Shown piece after piece: positions 13,172-27,130 of a stretch of 64,000 nt of DNA. The notes below the pieces were generated by a model. That model saw only the letters and a list, made by a program, of their open reading frames with translations. It was not told the origin of the DNA and ran no database searches. The translations under genes were made by a program, and so were the position numbers. Origin of the DNA: Octopus sinensis. Taxonomy: Eukaryota. Location of the stretch: positions 21,288-85,287 of the forward strand of contig NW_021832389.1 of the NCBI RefSeq assembly GCF_006345805.1. The letters run 5' to 3'. The stretch's first letter is position 1. Every line of letters starts with the position of its first letter.

Positions 13172-14003
13172 TATATATATATATGTAAATATATTTAATT
13201 TATATATATATATATGACTGTGTGTGTATGCATGTATTATGTGTGTGTGTATGTTTTCTTTGTGTATGACTGTTTGCAGAAAGCCACATATAAATGTTTA
13301 TGTGGGTGTGTATATGTGTGTGTGTGTGTGTTCCCATTTATCGCTGTACAAATATAGATATATACTCACACATACCTACATAAAGACACACATACACACA
13401 CACATACCGACATACATGACATACATACATACATACATACATACACATACAATCACACCATTTTAAGTCTCTTTTATCTTTACCTTAGTTTCTTTGCACC
13501 AGTTTTTAATTTCTTTTGTTTTGTCATCTTTTTTTCTTTTTTGTCTCTTCAAAAAATTTGTCTTTTAATAATAATAAATAATAAAAAAATATACATAAAA
13601 CATCTTTTTTGCAATCCCATATTTTTAACATTTCTTCTTTTTCGAACTGTTATTTCTAACGCATCTCTATTATTTTCGTTTATTTAAGGTTTATGAGTGG
13701 TTTTTACTTCATTTTAATTTTTCCTTTCAGTTGCTGTTTTTATTGCTGTGTTTATTTTTTGTTGTTGTTGTTGTCCTTCTTGTTGTTCTTATATTTGACG
13801 TACTTGATATTTATTGGTGATGGTGCCGACTTTGGTCTTTTTCTTCTTTTTCTTCTTCTTCTTCTACCACTTTTCCTTCGACGACAACAGCTTTCACATA
13901 GTTATATATAATTCCAGTTAAAACATCACTCAGTTTCAAGATATACCAAAATATATATGCATATAAAAATATGTACAAATGTTAAGTGTATATATGTATA
14001 TAC

Positions 14004-14047
<44 letters not shown>

Positions 14048-14166
14048 TACGTACATATACATATAAATATATATATATATATATATACGTACATATACAT
14101 ATATATATATATATACGTACATATATATATATACATATACATATATATATACATATATCTATATAT

Positions 14167-14224
<58 letters not shown>

Positions 14225-14870
14225 GTGTGTGTGTGTATATCAGTGTGTGTGTGTATATATATATATTTATATACACACATACACGCACACACAAGTATAT
14301 ATATAATATACATATATACGTATATGTACGTACACACATACATACATACTTGGTATAAAGAGTTAGACTGGGAAAGAGAGAGTGAGCGATATATGGTTAT
14401 TTTCTGTCGAAAAGACAGTCAACTTCAAAAGAATCCTATAATGGGTTGTGTCGGGCAGAAATAGATGCTGAGGAATTTCTGACACATCCTTGGCGGCGGC
14501 GGAGGCGGTGGTAGCAGCGATGGCGGCGGCGGCGATGATGAGAGTCGTTCATAATGATGACGAGGGCGACAGCGATGACGAAGACGACGACAGCGTCGAG
14601 AACGGTGATAACGAGGTCGACGACAAACGATGGCGGCGATGCTGATAATGAGGGAAGCATCGTGACGACAATGATGATGTTGATGATGATGATGATGATA
14701 ACGATTATCATTTTGATGAATGATGATGACGGTGATGGTGGTGATGTGGTGGTTGTGGTGGTGATGGTGGACTTTTTTAAAATTCTAATTGCTGCAGAAA
14801 GGAGGTGGTTGTGGTACAAATTATTTTCCAAAATATTTCAAAGAAACTCATTTGGGATGTTTATTCGTTT

Positions 14871-14902
14871 ATTATACAGGTTCGATGTCGCACTAATTGT
14901 GG

Positions 14903-14941
<39 letters not shown>

Positions 14942-15223
14942 GCCCTTACCTGTATACGTACCTGTTTGTTTAAATATGTATACATGTGGCGGTGTGGTAA
15001 GAAGCGTGCTTCCCAACAACATGGCTCCACGTTCAGTCTTTCTGCGTGGCCCCTTATTTCTTTATTGCCCACAAGGGGATAGCTATAGAAGGGACAACAG
15101 GGACAGACAGAGAAGAGCACAAGGGTACAAATTATACAGGTTCGATGTCGCACTAATTGTGGGTATATATATATATATATATTATATATATATATGTGTA
15201 AAATATATATGTATATATATATG

Positions 15224-15260
<37 letters not shown>

Positions 15261-15279
15261 GTTATATATATATAATATG

Positions 15280-15316
<37 letters not shown>

Positions 15317-15495
15317 ACATATCTGTTTGTTTAAATATGTATACATGTGGCGATGTGGTAAGAAGCGTGCTTCCCAACAACATGGCTCCACGTTCAGTCC
15401 CTCTGCGTGGCCCCTTATTTCTTTATTGCCCACAAGGGGATAGCTATAGAAGGGACAACAAACAGGGACAGACAGAGAAGTGCACAAGGGTACAA
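14871..15495. repeat. Local tandem duplication (14871-15130 / 15131-15495) of a SINE-B head fused to an inverted SINE-A tail
   Basis: Both units start ATTATACAGGTTCGATGTCGCACTAATTGTGGGT and end GCACAAGGGTACAA. They differ mainly in (TA)n length. Confidence 0.9.
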
Positions 15496-15873
15496 GAAAA
15501 GTATATGCTTGTATTGTGTGAGTGTATTGGAAGGTACGGTGTAGAGATTAATATCGGTTTGATACTGGAATTATGATATTCTTTAGATTTCAATCGATCG
15601 TAGAATTATAAGTGTAAATAGATTGTTTTCCGTCAATCATGCTCACTGACAAAGCACTAGTGAGCTAAGAGGAAGAGCAGAAGACGCCGTGGGTGCCACG
15701 CTGTAGGACTGAACCCGAAACCACGTGCTGGCAAAATGAGCTTCGTAACCACATAACCATATCTGCTCTTATACACATGCTCTCACACACACACAACACG
15801 CACAGATATAAAATGGAGCTAATAGTGAGGGATTATCAATCTGCGTATAATATTTCATAAGCACTCTCTTAGT

Positions 15874-16259
15874 GTGGAGGCGCAATGGCCCAGTGGTTAG
15901 GGCAGCGGACTCGCGGTCGTAGGATCGCGGTTTCGATTCCGGGCGTTGTGAGTGTTTATTGAGCGAAAACACCTATAGCTCCACGAGGCTCCGGCAGGGG
16001 ATGGTGGTGATCCCTGCTGTACTCTTTCACCACAACTTTCTCTCACTCTTACGTCCTATTTCTGTTGTACCTGTATTTCAAAGGGCCGGCCTTGTCACTC
16101 TCTGTGTCACGCTGAATATCCCCGAGAACTACGTTAAGGGTACACGTGTCTGTGGAGTGCTCAGCCACTTACACGTTAATTTCACGAGCAGGCTGTTCCG
16201 TTGATTCGGATCAACCGGAACCCTCGTCGTCGTAACCCACGGAGTGCTTCCATTCCATT
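15874..16259 (+). mobile_element. SINE-C, full length
   Basis: GGAGGCGCAATGGCCCAGTGGTTAGGGCAGCGGACTCGCGGTC tRNA-like head, near-identical to 10860. 11-bp TSD ACTCTCTTAGT at 15863-15873 and 16260-16270. Confidence 0.92.
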
Positions 16260-16779
16260 ACTCTCTTAGTACACCAGGTTAATAATATTCTTTAATTTCG
16301 TGCAGAAATCTAAGGATTCTTATGGCAGGGTCCAAGGTTATGGTTCACTATAATTCTGTAATGTAAATCAGTGGTTGGGCTCCAGACAAACTGTTATTTA
16401 CACAAAGAGGAGGTATAAATAATGATCAATATCTATTTTTCATTTATTAAAGCAAATTTGATTTTACAGCTGTTTCAAGTAGTCGTTATAGTTACGTTAT
16501 TGATAGGTTTATTCAAATAGTCTACTGATCAGCTGAGAAATATTGAACGGCTTCGTTATACCCGGAAATAGCTCTGTCGCAAATAGCCTTGATCTTTTTA
16601 GGTTGTTCAATTTTTCTCAATTGATCAATAATACAAATGAGTAAACCTACCAGCAATAAACCTATAATGATTATTGGAAACAGCTGTAAGCACAATTTTC
16701 TCTAATAAATGAAAAATATATGATGACCAATGACTGAAACAAGTAAAGAATACATGAATACATATATATATGTATTCGT

Positions 16780-16981
16780 GTATTCTTTTACTTGTTTCAG
16801 TAATTTTGACTGCGGTCATGCAGGAGCACCACCTTATTCTTTCTAAGCATAGTACTTATTCTGTCGGTGTCTTTTGTCGAACAGCTAAGTTACGGGAACG
16901 TAAACATACAAACATCGGTATGTTTACGATATTGGGGGAGACAGAGACACACAAACATACACATGCACACACACACACACG

Positions 16982-17065
<84 letters not shown>

Positions 17066-17150
17066 ATAAGCATTATATCCATATTTAAATATCGATATTA
17101 TCAAGTGACGAGCACGGGAAAAAATATCATACAAATGTAATATTTTTAGT

Positions 17151-17182
<32 letters not shown>

Positions 17183-17305
17183 TATATATATACTCACTAG
17201 GCTTTGGTCGGCCCGAAACTATAGTAGAAGACATTTGCCCAAGGTACCATGCAGTGGGACTGAACCCGGAAGCAAGCTACTTACCACACAGTCATTCCTA
17301 CGCCT
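16780..17305 (-). mobile_element. SINE-B with expanded internal microsatellite
   Basis: 3' half at 16780-16935 and 5' half at 17195-17305 are reverse complements of SINE-B, separated by (CA)/(TA) repeats. Confidence 0.75.
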
Positions 17306-18025
17306 ATATATATATATATATAAAACTTAGATATGTTTCGAACAATCTTTGGTCTGCATGTATGTTTGTATGTGTATATTGATTAACACTAGAACAATAT
17401 TGCGCAATGTGTCACTGTTGATTTCAGTTCGAGTAGATACATAAAAAGACATAACCCATTGTAAATATTATGCAGATATCGATATAACAGAAACACTCAC
17501 TCTACAACGGTGGAGCAAATACGTGATGTATTTCAGCCGCCGTGTGAATAAAATAGATATATCCATTAAGTGAAGAGCAAGGACGCATATTGATGGTTCT
17601 CTCTCATTTTCTTCACGAGTCTAGACATGCACGGATGTTTTTTACACGCCAGCAGTAGCACGCAGTCCGTAATCAACCGTCAGACTCCAGAATGAATGCT
17701 GAAGTAAGCAGTAAAGCTTTGCTATATTGTAAGTTTAGGCAGGACATGTGTACATGCTATGATTCCTGTCTGTTCAGGACAGGTGAGAGGATGGACGTAG
17801 GGTTTCCCCTTTAAGGACAAATATCGCTGAAGTTATCGATGAACAACTAACAGAACGAAGAGAATTAAGGTATTGAAGCGCCTTATTGCATTTTTATTCA
17901 CACTCCCATTCGTTATCTCATAATACTTACATACACTCTCTTTCTTTCTCTCTCTCTCTTTCTCTCTTTCCTTGTCTCATCCATTCCCTTTCCAACTATC
18001 CTTCTGTATATCTATATATACACAC

Positions 18026-18097
<72 letters not shown>

Positions 18098-18392
18098 TTT
18101 GTGTGTGTGGTGTGTGTGTTTGTGTGTGTGTGTATGTGTATATACATATAGATATTTATACATATTGAAACTTGAGTGTGGTGCGTATTGTGATCGGTGC
18201 ACCAGGGTTCATTCCAAAGAAAGCAATATTCTTGCATGAAAGGCTGTAGATACCATACTTCGTTGGAAGTTTTCAGTTGGCAGCAATGCTTGTAGCAGTT
18301 CATGTGTTGAGAATAGTGTTGCATCTCTATAAAAATCAGGGATGGAGCTGAGATGTGACATTGATAACTCAGGGGAAGATAGGATAAGATTA

Positions 18393-18603
18393 GTTTTAAA
18401 TTTTGGCACAAGGCCAGCTATGTATGGCGAGGGGTTAAATCTACTATAACGATCCCAGGACTCAACAGGTAACTATATTATCGATCCTGAAAGAATGAAA
18501 GGCAAAGTGAAGCTCGGCGGAATTTGAACTCTCAACGTAACGGCGTGCGAAATGCCATTAAGTATTTAGCGCAGCATGCTAACGATCCTGCCACCTCGCG
18601 CCC
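18393..18603 (-). mobile_element. SINE-A, tail type 2 (degenerate)
   Basis: Plus strand AAATTTTGGCACAAGGCCAGC...GAAAGGCAAAG...GGCGGAATTTGAACTC...GCTAACGATCCTGCC. Confidence 0.8.
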
Positions 18604-18731
18604 ATCAAATAGGACAACAATGAACATGGTAAGAATGAGTAACTTACGCGAAAAAGTTTGCGTGAGTATTGGTGTTGTGCTTTGGTACTTTAGTTAAACG
18701 TCCCCATAAGACGGAAAGGTGAAGTTAACCT

Positions 18732-19331
18732 ATTTCTTTACTACCCACAAGGGGCTAAACACAGAAGGGACCAACAAGGACAGACAAACGGATTAAGTCG
18801 ATCATATCGACCCCAGTGCGTAACTGGTACTTATTTAATCCACTCCGAAAGGATGAAAGGCAAAGTCGACTTCGGCGGAATTTGAACTCAGAACGTAGCA
18901 GCAGACGAAATACTTATTTCTTTACTACCCACAAGGGACTAAACACAGAGAGGACCAACAAGGACAGACAAACGGATTAAGTCGATCATATCAACCCCAG
19001 TGCGTAACTGGTACTTATTTAATCCATCCCGAAAGGATGAAAGGCAAAGTCGACTTCGGCGGAATTTGAACTCAGAACGTAGCAGCAGACGAAATACTTA
19101 TTTCTTTACTACCCACAAGGGACTAAACACAGAGAGGACCAACAAGGACAGACAAACGGATTAAGTGGATCATATCGACCCCAGTGCGTAACTGGTACTT
19201 ATTTAATCCATCCCGAAAGGATGAAAGGCAAAGTCGACTTCGGCGGAATTTGAACTCAGAAGGTAGCGGCAGACGAAATGCCGCTAAACATTTCGCCCGG
19301 CGTGCTAACGATTCTACCAGCTCGCCGCCCT
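18732..19331 (-). mobile_element. SINE-A trimer (one full unit + two head-less units) inside one TSD
   Basis: Junctions GAAATACTTATTTC at ~18907 and ~19090. 12-bp TSD TGAAGTTAACCT at 18720-18731 and 19332-19343. Confidence 0.9.
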
Positions 19332-19554
19332 TGAAGTTAACCTTGTTGCCATTTGCACCCAGAATATAAAGGTACTGATTATCAGAAGGCATTTTCTACT
19401 CCCCTCTTACTGTTGTGCACATGTATATGTAATAGTGATGCTAATAATGATAGTATCTCGCATGATGACAATGTATGAGTGTTCAGTTATTGCAGAATGA
19501 GCTTCACAAATTGATTTGTGTATAGCGATGAAACGTACGTACTGTATCTTCACT

Positions 19555-19765
19555 CACTCCTTCCATCAAATCGACGTTGCCTGAACAGGGGCACATTGTG
19601 CCACGTGTCAGGTGTCGCAGTGATCGCAGAGTAACGTGAGATGAAGTGTTTTGCTCAAGAACACAACGATCCAGGAGCCATCTGGTCCAAGCAGCAACCG
19701 GTACGGGTATTGAAACCCGGACTCCCGATCGCGAATTCATCACACTAACGACTAGTCCAACCGCT
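19555..19765 (-). mobile_element. SINE-C-related element (degenerate)
   Basis: Homologous to 6100-6282 (GATCGCAGA..AACGTGA...TTGCTCAAGAAC). Confidence 0.65.
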
Positions 19766-19779
19766 CTTACAATATTATT

Positions 19780-19783
19780 ATTA

Positions 19784-19820
<37 letters not shown>

Positions 19821-19936
19821 TAATAATGATAGTAATAATAATGATAATAATGATAATAATGATAATAATAATAATAATGATGATAATAATAATAATGGTA
19901 ATAATAATAATGATAATAATAATAATGGTAATAATG

Positions 19937-19974
<38 letters not shown>

Positions 19975-20100
19975 AATACAAACGTTACAATTAATACTGA
20001 TAATAATGATAATAATAATAATAATAATGATAATAATGATAATAATAATGATAATAATAATGATAATAATAATAATAAACAAACGTTACAACTAGTACTG

Positions 20101-20131
<31 letters not shown>

Positions 20132-20228
20132 TAATAATAATGATAATAATAATAATGATAATAATGATAATATAATAATAATAATAATAATAATAATGAT
20201 AATAATACAAACGTTACAACTAGTACTG

Positions 20229-20273
<45 letters not shown>

Positions 20274-20345
20274 GTAATACAAACGTTACAACTAGTACTG
20301 ATAATAATAATAATAATAATAATACAAACGTTACAACTAGTACTG

Positions 20346-20388
<43 letters not shown>

Positions 20389-20408
20389 AAACGTTACAAC
20401 TAGTACTG

Positions 20409-20445
<37 letters not shown>

Positions 20446-20469
20446 AAACGTTACAACTAGTACTGATAC

Positions 20470-20501
<32 letters not shown>

Positions 20502-20530
20502 GTAATACAAACGTTACAACTAGTACTAAT
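19780..20530. repeat. Compound minisatellite: 22-bp motif ACAAACGTTACAACTAGTACTG x8 separated by variable (AAT)n
   Basis: Motif starts at ~19978, 20079, 20206, 20279, 20324, 20386, 20444 and 20506. Confidence 0.95.
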
Positions 20531-22600
20531 ATTACTATGAATAACAACAACGACGATATTAAGAACATCAACAACAGCGTTAGGGCCACAGCATGAAGGC
20601 TATAAGACTACATGCACTTTTTCTGGTCGAGTAGTTACCGTTTTATTTTATTATCCTATCTCGATATTTAAATGGTCGTTTATACCTCAATCACCTGCCG
20701 CCAGATGGAGATCCGTGTTGACGAAGCCATGTTGAACTTTCAGTTCACGTGCAAGTTCACAGCATTTACAACAGTGCAGGATATTTATATATTTAGAGAG
20801 AAACGAGAGAGAGGGAAAGAGAAAAGGGAGATAAACAAAAATCGATAGAGATGGCAGCAGTTTGATGTTTGTGAAGGTTTGTTTGATATGTTCTTTGTGT
20901 TTGCCCTCTACTGATACAATCGGTTGAGAAGAAAACAAATAAGAAGCTACATTTTTGGAATACTGTTTCGTAAATGCAACTTGAGCTTGATGTTCAAGCC
21001 GTGACAGCAGTCATATTTCTGATTGAAGTCATTCTAGCATTATCTATTATTTAACTCTAAGACTGAAGTGTGTAGCTGAAACTAAACTGAAGAGTAAAAA
21101 TATCCAAATGCGTCACGTGACGTTTAGCAACGAATTTTTATTTTTAGTTCAAATCCTGGAGGAGTCGAACATGAATTTGTTATTCTTATGTGATCGATAA
21201 AATAAAGATACAACCAAGTGTAGTAACCTTATAGTAAAGATTGTTTGCCAACATAACATGGCAGTCCTGGCTTAGGACTGATGCTGCTGTAATTTAGCCC
21301 CAGGAGACGTCGGCTCCAGCTGGCAATACGGCACAAACTGTGTCCTTATATTTTTGAACAAGGGAATCTAGTATCCCGCTCACCTCAAAACACAATCTGT
21401 GTATCGCGATTTTTGGGTTATGGCACCATTATCTCTTATAACCTCAACTTATATATATATTATATATATATAATATTATATATATATATATAATATATTA
21501 GATATATATATATATATATATATATACATACACACATACATAATTACTTACTCATTTATATGTATGTATGTATATATATATACACACAAATATGTGTATA
21601 TGATATATGTATATATATATATACACACAATATGTGTATAATGATATATGTTTATATACATACATACATACATTCATACATACATACATATACATACATA
21701 CATATACATACATATATATAATCTCTGCGTGCATTTCAGTAACAGTATATTAATTATATTTGTACGTATGCATACATCTACATATATATATATATATGTA
21801 TATGTATTATTCTAGACGCCACTTATCACCAATTTTAAACAATATTTTTTCTTTCTAGCTTTATTAGTTATTTATATTTAATATTTCATATTTCGAAACC
21901 ATAAATTTCCGAAAAGTCGGTTAAAAATTTCCAGATCTCCCGGCAGTTGTCTTTATCTGTCTGTTTGTCTTTGTATGAATTTATCACGTTGTGTTTTTTT
22001 TGTCTTCACTTTTTTTGTGGTTTTTTGTCTTTTATTCTCGTTTTATGGAGACTAAGAATCATTAAAACGTTGCTGTGTCTCTAGTTTCTATATTTTTTCT
22101 CTTCTTATCACCACTTGTCTTTTTATGATTTTTTTTCTTCTTTTCAATGTATGGTGCTTATTTTTTTTTTTTCTGTTACTATTTGGCCATTAGCTTTCTT
22201 AAGTAATGGGAAAGGTGAAATAGAAATAGTTTATCTGCTCTTGACTGCATTTGAGATTTCTTAAGGCCTCGAGAAAAAATATTAAAATCATATTAATAAT
22301 ATTAACCCGCTAATTACACCAAATTATTATTCGTTGACATATTGGTATGAACTGACACACAGGAAAAACCTCGACTTTCCAAAGAAAAAAGAAATGAAAT
22401 AAAATTTTTAATTTCCATCTTAATACTATAAAGTATTTTTAAAGAATTCCAGTTAAAAAATATTTCTAACTGTTTCTCTTTATAATATGAGTGCACAGGC
22501 ATCATGTAAGCAGTGTGTTGTCGAATTTTAAGAAATTCACATTTTTCCTTCTTTCCTACCAATTTTTACCCTTTTTTTGCCTTCTTTCCCTTCTTTCTTT

Positions 22601-22636
22601 TTGTCTGATGAAGGACTAGCGACCGAAATATCAATG
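22601..22636 (+). ncRNA. Possible degenerate minimal hammerhead motif
   Basis: CTGATGA-A-GGAC-TAGC-GACC-GAAAT-ATC. Stem II has one mismatch and stem I is poor. Confidence 0.3.
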
Positions 22637-23262
22637 ACTACTTCCGTTTCTTTCAAGCATTGCATCTATTGTAATAATACTCGTGTATTTTTTTTCGCCG
22701 CCACAACATATCAATGAGGAAGGAAGGGGTGACAGATGAATAAGGAAGGAAGGGGTGATGGCAAAATTGGTAGTGGGATGATGGAAATTCTACGGTGAAA
22801 AAGAGTTTCAAACAGCGTTTCAGCTCTGTGTGAATGTATGTGCGTGTATGTACGTAGAATGGATGTGAATGCTAGTACGCGTGCGCGCTTATGACGACAG
22901 TGGAAGTGGAATGGTGAACATTCAACGCTGAAACGAAAAATCAAACAGCGTTTCAGCTCTGTGTGAGTATATGTGTGTACGTGTGAGCGTGTACAAGGAA
23001 AATATTTGAATGTTTGTATGTGTGAACCAGCGTTCTTTCAGTAACAATGATTGATGTCACATCTCAAAAGACAACTTCTAGATAACTTTGACAATTGTAT
23101 TAATTTTATTCACCATCCATATTTGTATATAAAATACTACAATTAGCCGTCATTTTAAGGGCATGGGGCCCAGCTAGTTATACTAATAATTCTGCCTTTC
23201 ATCGTTTCGTGAAGGATGTAATTGACTTGCTCCGTTCTTCAAAATCACAAGCTTTGTAGCTA

Positions 23263-23333
<71 letters not shown>

Positions 23334-23357
23334 GTTAATGTTATTATTATTATTATT

Positions 23358-23543
23358 CAGTAGTTTTATTTTTATAGCATGCTTTCACTTCACTACTGAG
23401 CGCAGCTCTGTGTGCCTTGGGTATGTGCTGTGATTTGTCGTGATGCTCTGATGGTTATTGTATGGAAAGTGTTCTGCGTAGGATGTGTGCAGTGCCTAGT
23501 AGTGCAATTTTCTGTATGTTATATGTGTTTGTAAGTCCTGGTG

Positions 23544-23547
<4 letters not shown>
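23358..23547 (-). mobile_element. 5'-truncated R4/Dong-clade LINE 3' end within (TAA)n
   Basis: Minus-strand translation KTPGLTNTYNIQKIALLGTAHILRRTLSIQ* matches the C-terminus after the RLE domain. (AAT)n lies on both sides. Confidence 0.8.
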
Positions 23548-23597
<50 letters not shown>

Positions 23598-23619
23598 CAT
23601 TATTATTATTATTATTATT

Positions 23620-24303
23620 GAGACAGCAGAGTATACCATCAAAGTGACCCTGGGGTACAAATATACGAAGCCTAATAAAAAAAAAAAAGACTCCGCCGGT
23701 TACGACGACGAGGGTCACAGCTGATACGATCAACGGAACAGCTTGCTCGTGAAATTAACGTGCAAATGGCTGAGCATTCCACAGACACGTGTACCCTTAA
23801 CGTAGTTCTCGGGGATAATCAGCGTGACACAGAGAGTGACAAGGCTGACCCTTTGAAATACAAGTACAACTCATTTTTGCCAGCTGAGTGGACTGGAGCA
23901 ACGTGAAATAAAGTGTCTTGCTCAAGGACACAACGCGTCGCCGGGAATCGAACTCACAACCTTACGATCATGAGCCGAATGCCCTAACCACTAAGCCACG
24001 CGCCCTCACACGAAGCCTAGTATAACCACCATGACTACCCGTCTGACAAGCGGACACCAGGCACATGCATAACAATCATATATGAGCGATATGATGATCT
24101 CACATCAAGATATACAAGGTATGACCTTGCAGGTGGGGTCCGGTTAGAATTTTCTTCAGGTTGAGTAGACCATCCCGCTCAAAAGGTCCCTGAATGAGGT
24201 TTGTTGAAGCATGGTGAAAGGAACACCCATGTTTCCACAGGTGACTTATTCAAACCCCAAAGAATTGATTTATTTCAACACATGGCTATGATGCCCACCC
24301 CCG
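23620..24303 (-). mobile_element. Unclassified family E copy (5'-truncated), interrupted by SINE-C
   Basis: Homologous to 56910-57413 and 49447-49917. Its 3' end abuts (AAT)n. Confidence 0.8.
23675..24009 (-). mobile_element. SINE-C inserted in family E
   Basis: Head GGGCGCGTGGCTTAGTGG, B box GAGTTCGATTCC, T-rich 3' end. 10-bp TSD ACGAAGCCTA at 23665-23674 and 24010-24019. Confidence 0.92.
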
Positions 24304-24556
24304 CTGTTGTTGTTGTTGTTGTTGTTGTACTCTGACCCGGACAAATAGCACTCGTTAGAGTTCCCACAGTGGAGTAACAAGCATATCAAACACTGTATCT
24401 ATATATTTGCTAGAAAGAGGTAGAAACTGATCAGTCCGGTATATATCGTTAATGGTAAATGTTTTTGATTTTCACTCTCGATGAATTTATCCCTTTTTGT
24501 GTCTCTAGCACTAGGCTTCCTTATTTGGAAGCCCTTTATTATATTTATATATTATA

Positions 24557-24601
<45 letters not shown>

Positions 24602-24982
24602 GTGTGTGTGTGTGTGTGTATATTGTTATATTTCGGAATGGTCAGTTTGCCAGTTTAGCCAATAAAAACACACGCACTATATATTTGGAGTTATTTTGCT
24701 ACAGTGTTATTTATTTTTTAACATTAATCTTAATCTTATTTCGGCCAGAGTTCTTTCGTCACAGTCCTGTGACCGCATCAGTGGTCCTTTGTTTTTCTTC
24801 TTTCTTATTGTGTCTCTCCTTACTAACCGTCAGCCATTTTGTACTTCTATTGTATGTCTTCATTTGCGCATGCTTATATCTCTATGTGCGTCTATGTTTA
24901 TTTAGTGTTGTATGTGGGGGATGCCTGTAATATTGTATCTTCTGTTTATTATGTTCATGTAATTTGTTTTTTGTATATATAT

Positions 24983-25013
<31 letters not shown>

Positions 25014-25064
25014 CATATATATACACACATATATAAACACATACATACAGCCTTACATACATAC

Positions 25065-25099
<35 letters not shown>

Positions 25100-25273
25100 A
25101 GTATGTAAGAATATATGTATGTGTGTGTAAATATATATATATATATGCATGCATGTATGTATACATGCATACATATATATCTATGCACCTTATACTCAGA
25201 TTTAGTATGTCAATGTGCATACCAATACCTACTTATATCTCTCAATACCTCACCTTTCGTAATTATGTATCTG

Positions 25274-25312
<39 letters not shown>

Positions 25313-25543
25313 CTCTCTATCCCTCTACGTCTATCTACCCTCTACCTCCCTATCTGTCTATCTCTTAATGTTAACCCTTTCTCATCGCACTCTCCAGTCC
25401 ATTCCATCGCAACCATTTCTCAACAATATCCCGTTCAGAATCTTATGTTTCTTTCAACATCTTTCTCTACATCTCTCCATCCATATTCCTACCACTCTCT
25501 CTCTCTTCTTCTCTCTCTCTCTCTCTCCTTCTCTCACTCACTC

Positions 25544-25589
<46 letters not shown>

Positions 25590-26040
25590 AATACATATAT
25601 ACATACACATATTCTTCTTATCTAATACTTGGTTTCCATTGATCTGCTGTCAGTCATAAGTAAGCTTTGAACTAGGCTAATCGCTCGATTGCTTTGGTTG
25701 CGATCACGCGTTCATTTTGATAGTTTCGTGGCGAAGAATCTCTTTTCCTTGTCAGTAACAGAGTTCAGAGCCAGCTTTGAGCGAACTCACAGACACTCTT
25801 TTCACTTTGATATTGTGTATACTTTTCATAACAATATATCTTTGTACGTGCGTGCGTGCGCATATGTGCGTGTGTACATTACTGTGTTTGTATATACACA
25901 CATTCATATGTAAAACCTACTTACATACACAAACATGTAAATATATATATATATATATATATAATGTATACAGATACATATTTATATATACAATTATTGG
26001 TACATATATATACATGTATGTGTATGTTTGTGCATGAGTG

Positions 26041-26090
<50 letters not shown>

Positions 26091-26884
26091 TATGTATGTA
26101 ATATGGCATGTTAATATATATATGTATGCATGCATGTAAGTGTATGTACATACATTTTATAGGTACGTAGGTGTATATATTTGAACGTAGACGTGTGTCT
26201 GTGTCTGTATATTTATGTGTGCCTAAATGTGTGTGTACGTATGTACATGTATATGTGCGCATATGTATATATATATGTGTGTGTGCGTGTGTGTCTACAA
26301 GTGCGTGTCTGCATATGTATATGTGTTTGTGTGTGTGTGTGTAAATATATATATATATATATATATACATATGTTGATACACACACGCTCCTAGCGGGAA
26401 ATGGTTGGTTGTGTTAAAATATTGACTAAAACACTTCTCAATACAGCAGAACCATTGCCTTGCAATTATGTTTCTTTCTTTTTGTTTTTTTTTTCGTTTC
26501 TTTTTCTTCTTTTTTTTTTTTGGAAAATGTTCAACTCCTGTAATTATGATTCCAAACTTGAAACATTCCGTACACACATACTCCTCTCCTCCCGCTTTCT
26601 CATGTGAAAATCACATTTAGATGAAACTCTTTTCTGTAAATCATATTATTTTTACCCCACCATCAGCAACACCAAAAACCACCACTACCTCCATCACCAT
26701 TACTCACCATCGTCACCATCAGCAACACCAGCGCCACCACCCATTTTCACGAAAGCCATTGGTTTAATGGTGAAGGTGTAAGTGGTACCAGACGAAATGG
26801 TTTGCAGAATTTGGGGCAATATTTGCCTGTATTTCCAGAACTTGAAAACTATGTGAGTCGATCTAAATTAATTGAGAACTAGTT

Positions 26885-27130
26885 CCCAGTACATGATTCC
26901 GGGTACAGTCCCACTGCACGGCAGCTAAAAAATTTGCTTTTGACTATTGCGTCGGGCCGACTAAAGCTCTTTACGTGAACTTGGTAGATGGAAACTGAAA
27001 GAAGCCCATCGTCTGTGTGCGTATGTCTATCTCCCTACACCGCTTGTCAAGTATCTGGCCTTAAAAATTGAGTTGTAGCATCGATTCTTTCGACTAAAAT
27101 TATTCAAGGCGGTGCCCCCACATTATGGCT
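26885..27130 (+). mobile_element. SINE-B, highly degenerate
   Basis: CCGGGTACAGTCCCACTGC...GGGCCGAC...GGAAACTGAAAGAAGCCC...GGCGGTGCCCC. Confidence 0.6.

Noticed and set aside
14480-14770. Gly/Asp-rich coding exon
   Set aside because: Degenerate GGC/GAC/GAT triplet repeats with stops and no splice support.
17650-17790. Possible 45-nt exon (CACGCA..GCTGAA|GTAAGC) or 5-nt microexon (TTCAG|GACAG|GTGAGA)
   Set aside because: Splice-like motifs only; unsupportable without RNA data.
19978-20527. CRISPR array
   Set aside because: The spacers are (AAT)n rather than unique sequence, the context is eukaryotic, and there are no cas genes.
20694-20712. CTCF-like motif CCGCCAGATGGAG
   Set aside because: A single imperfect match, not distinguishable from chance.
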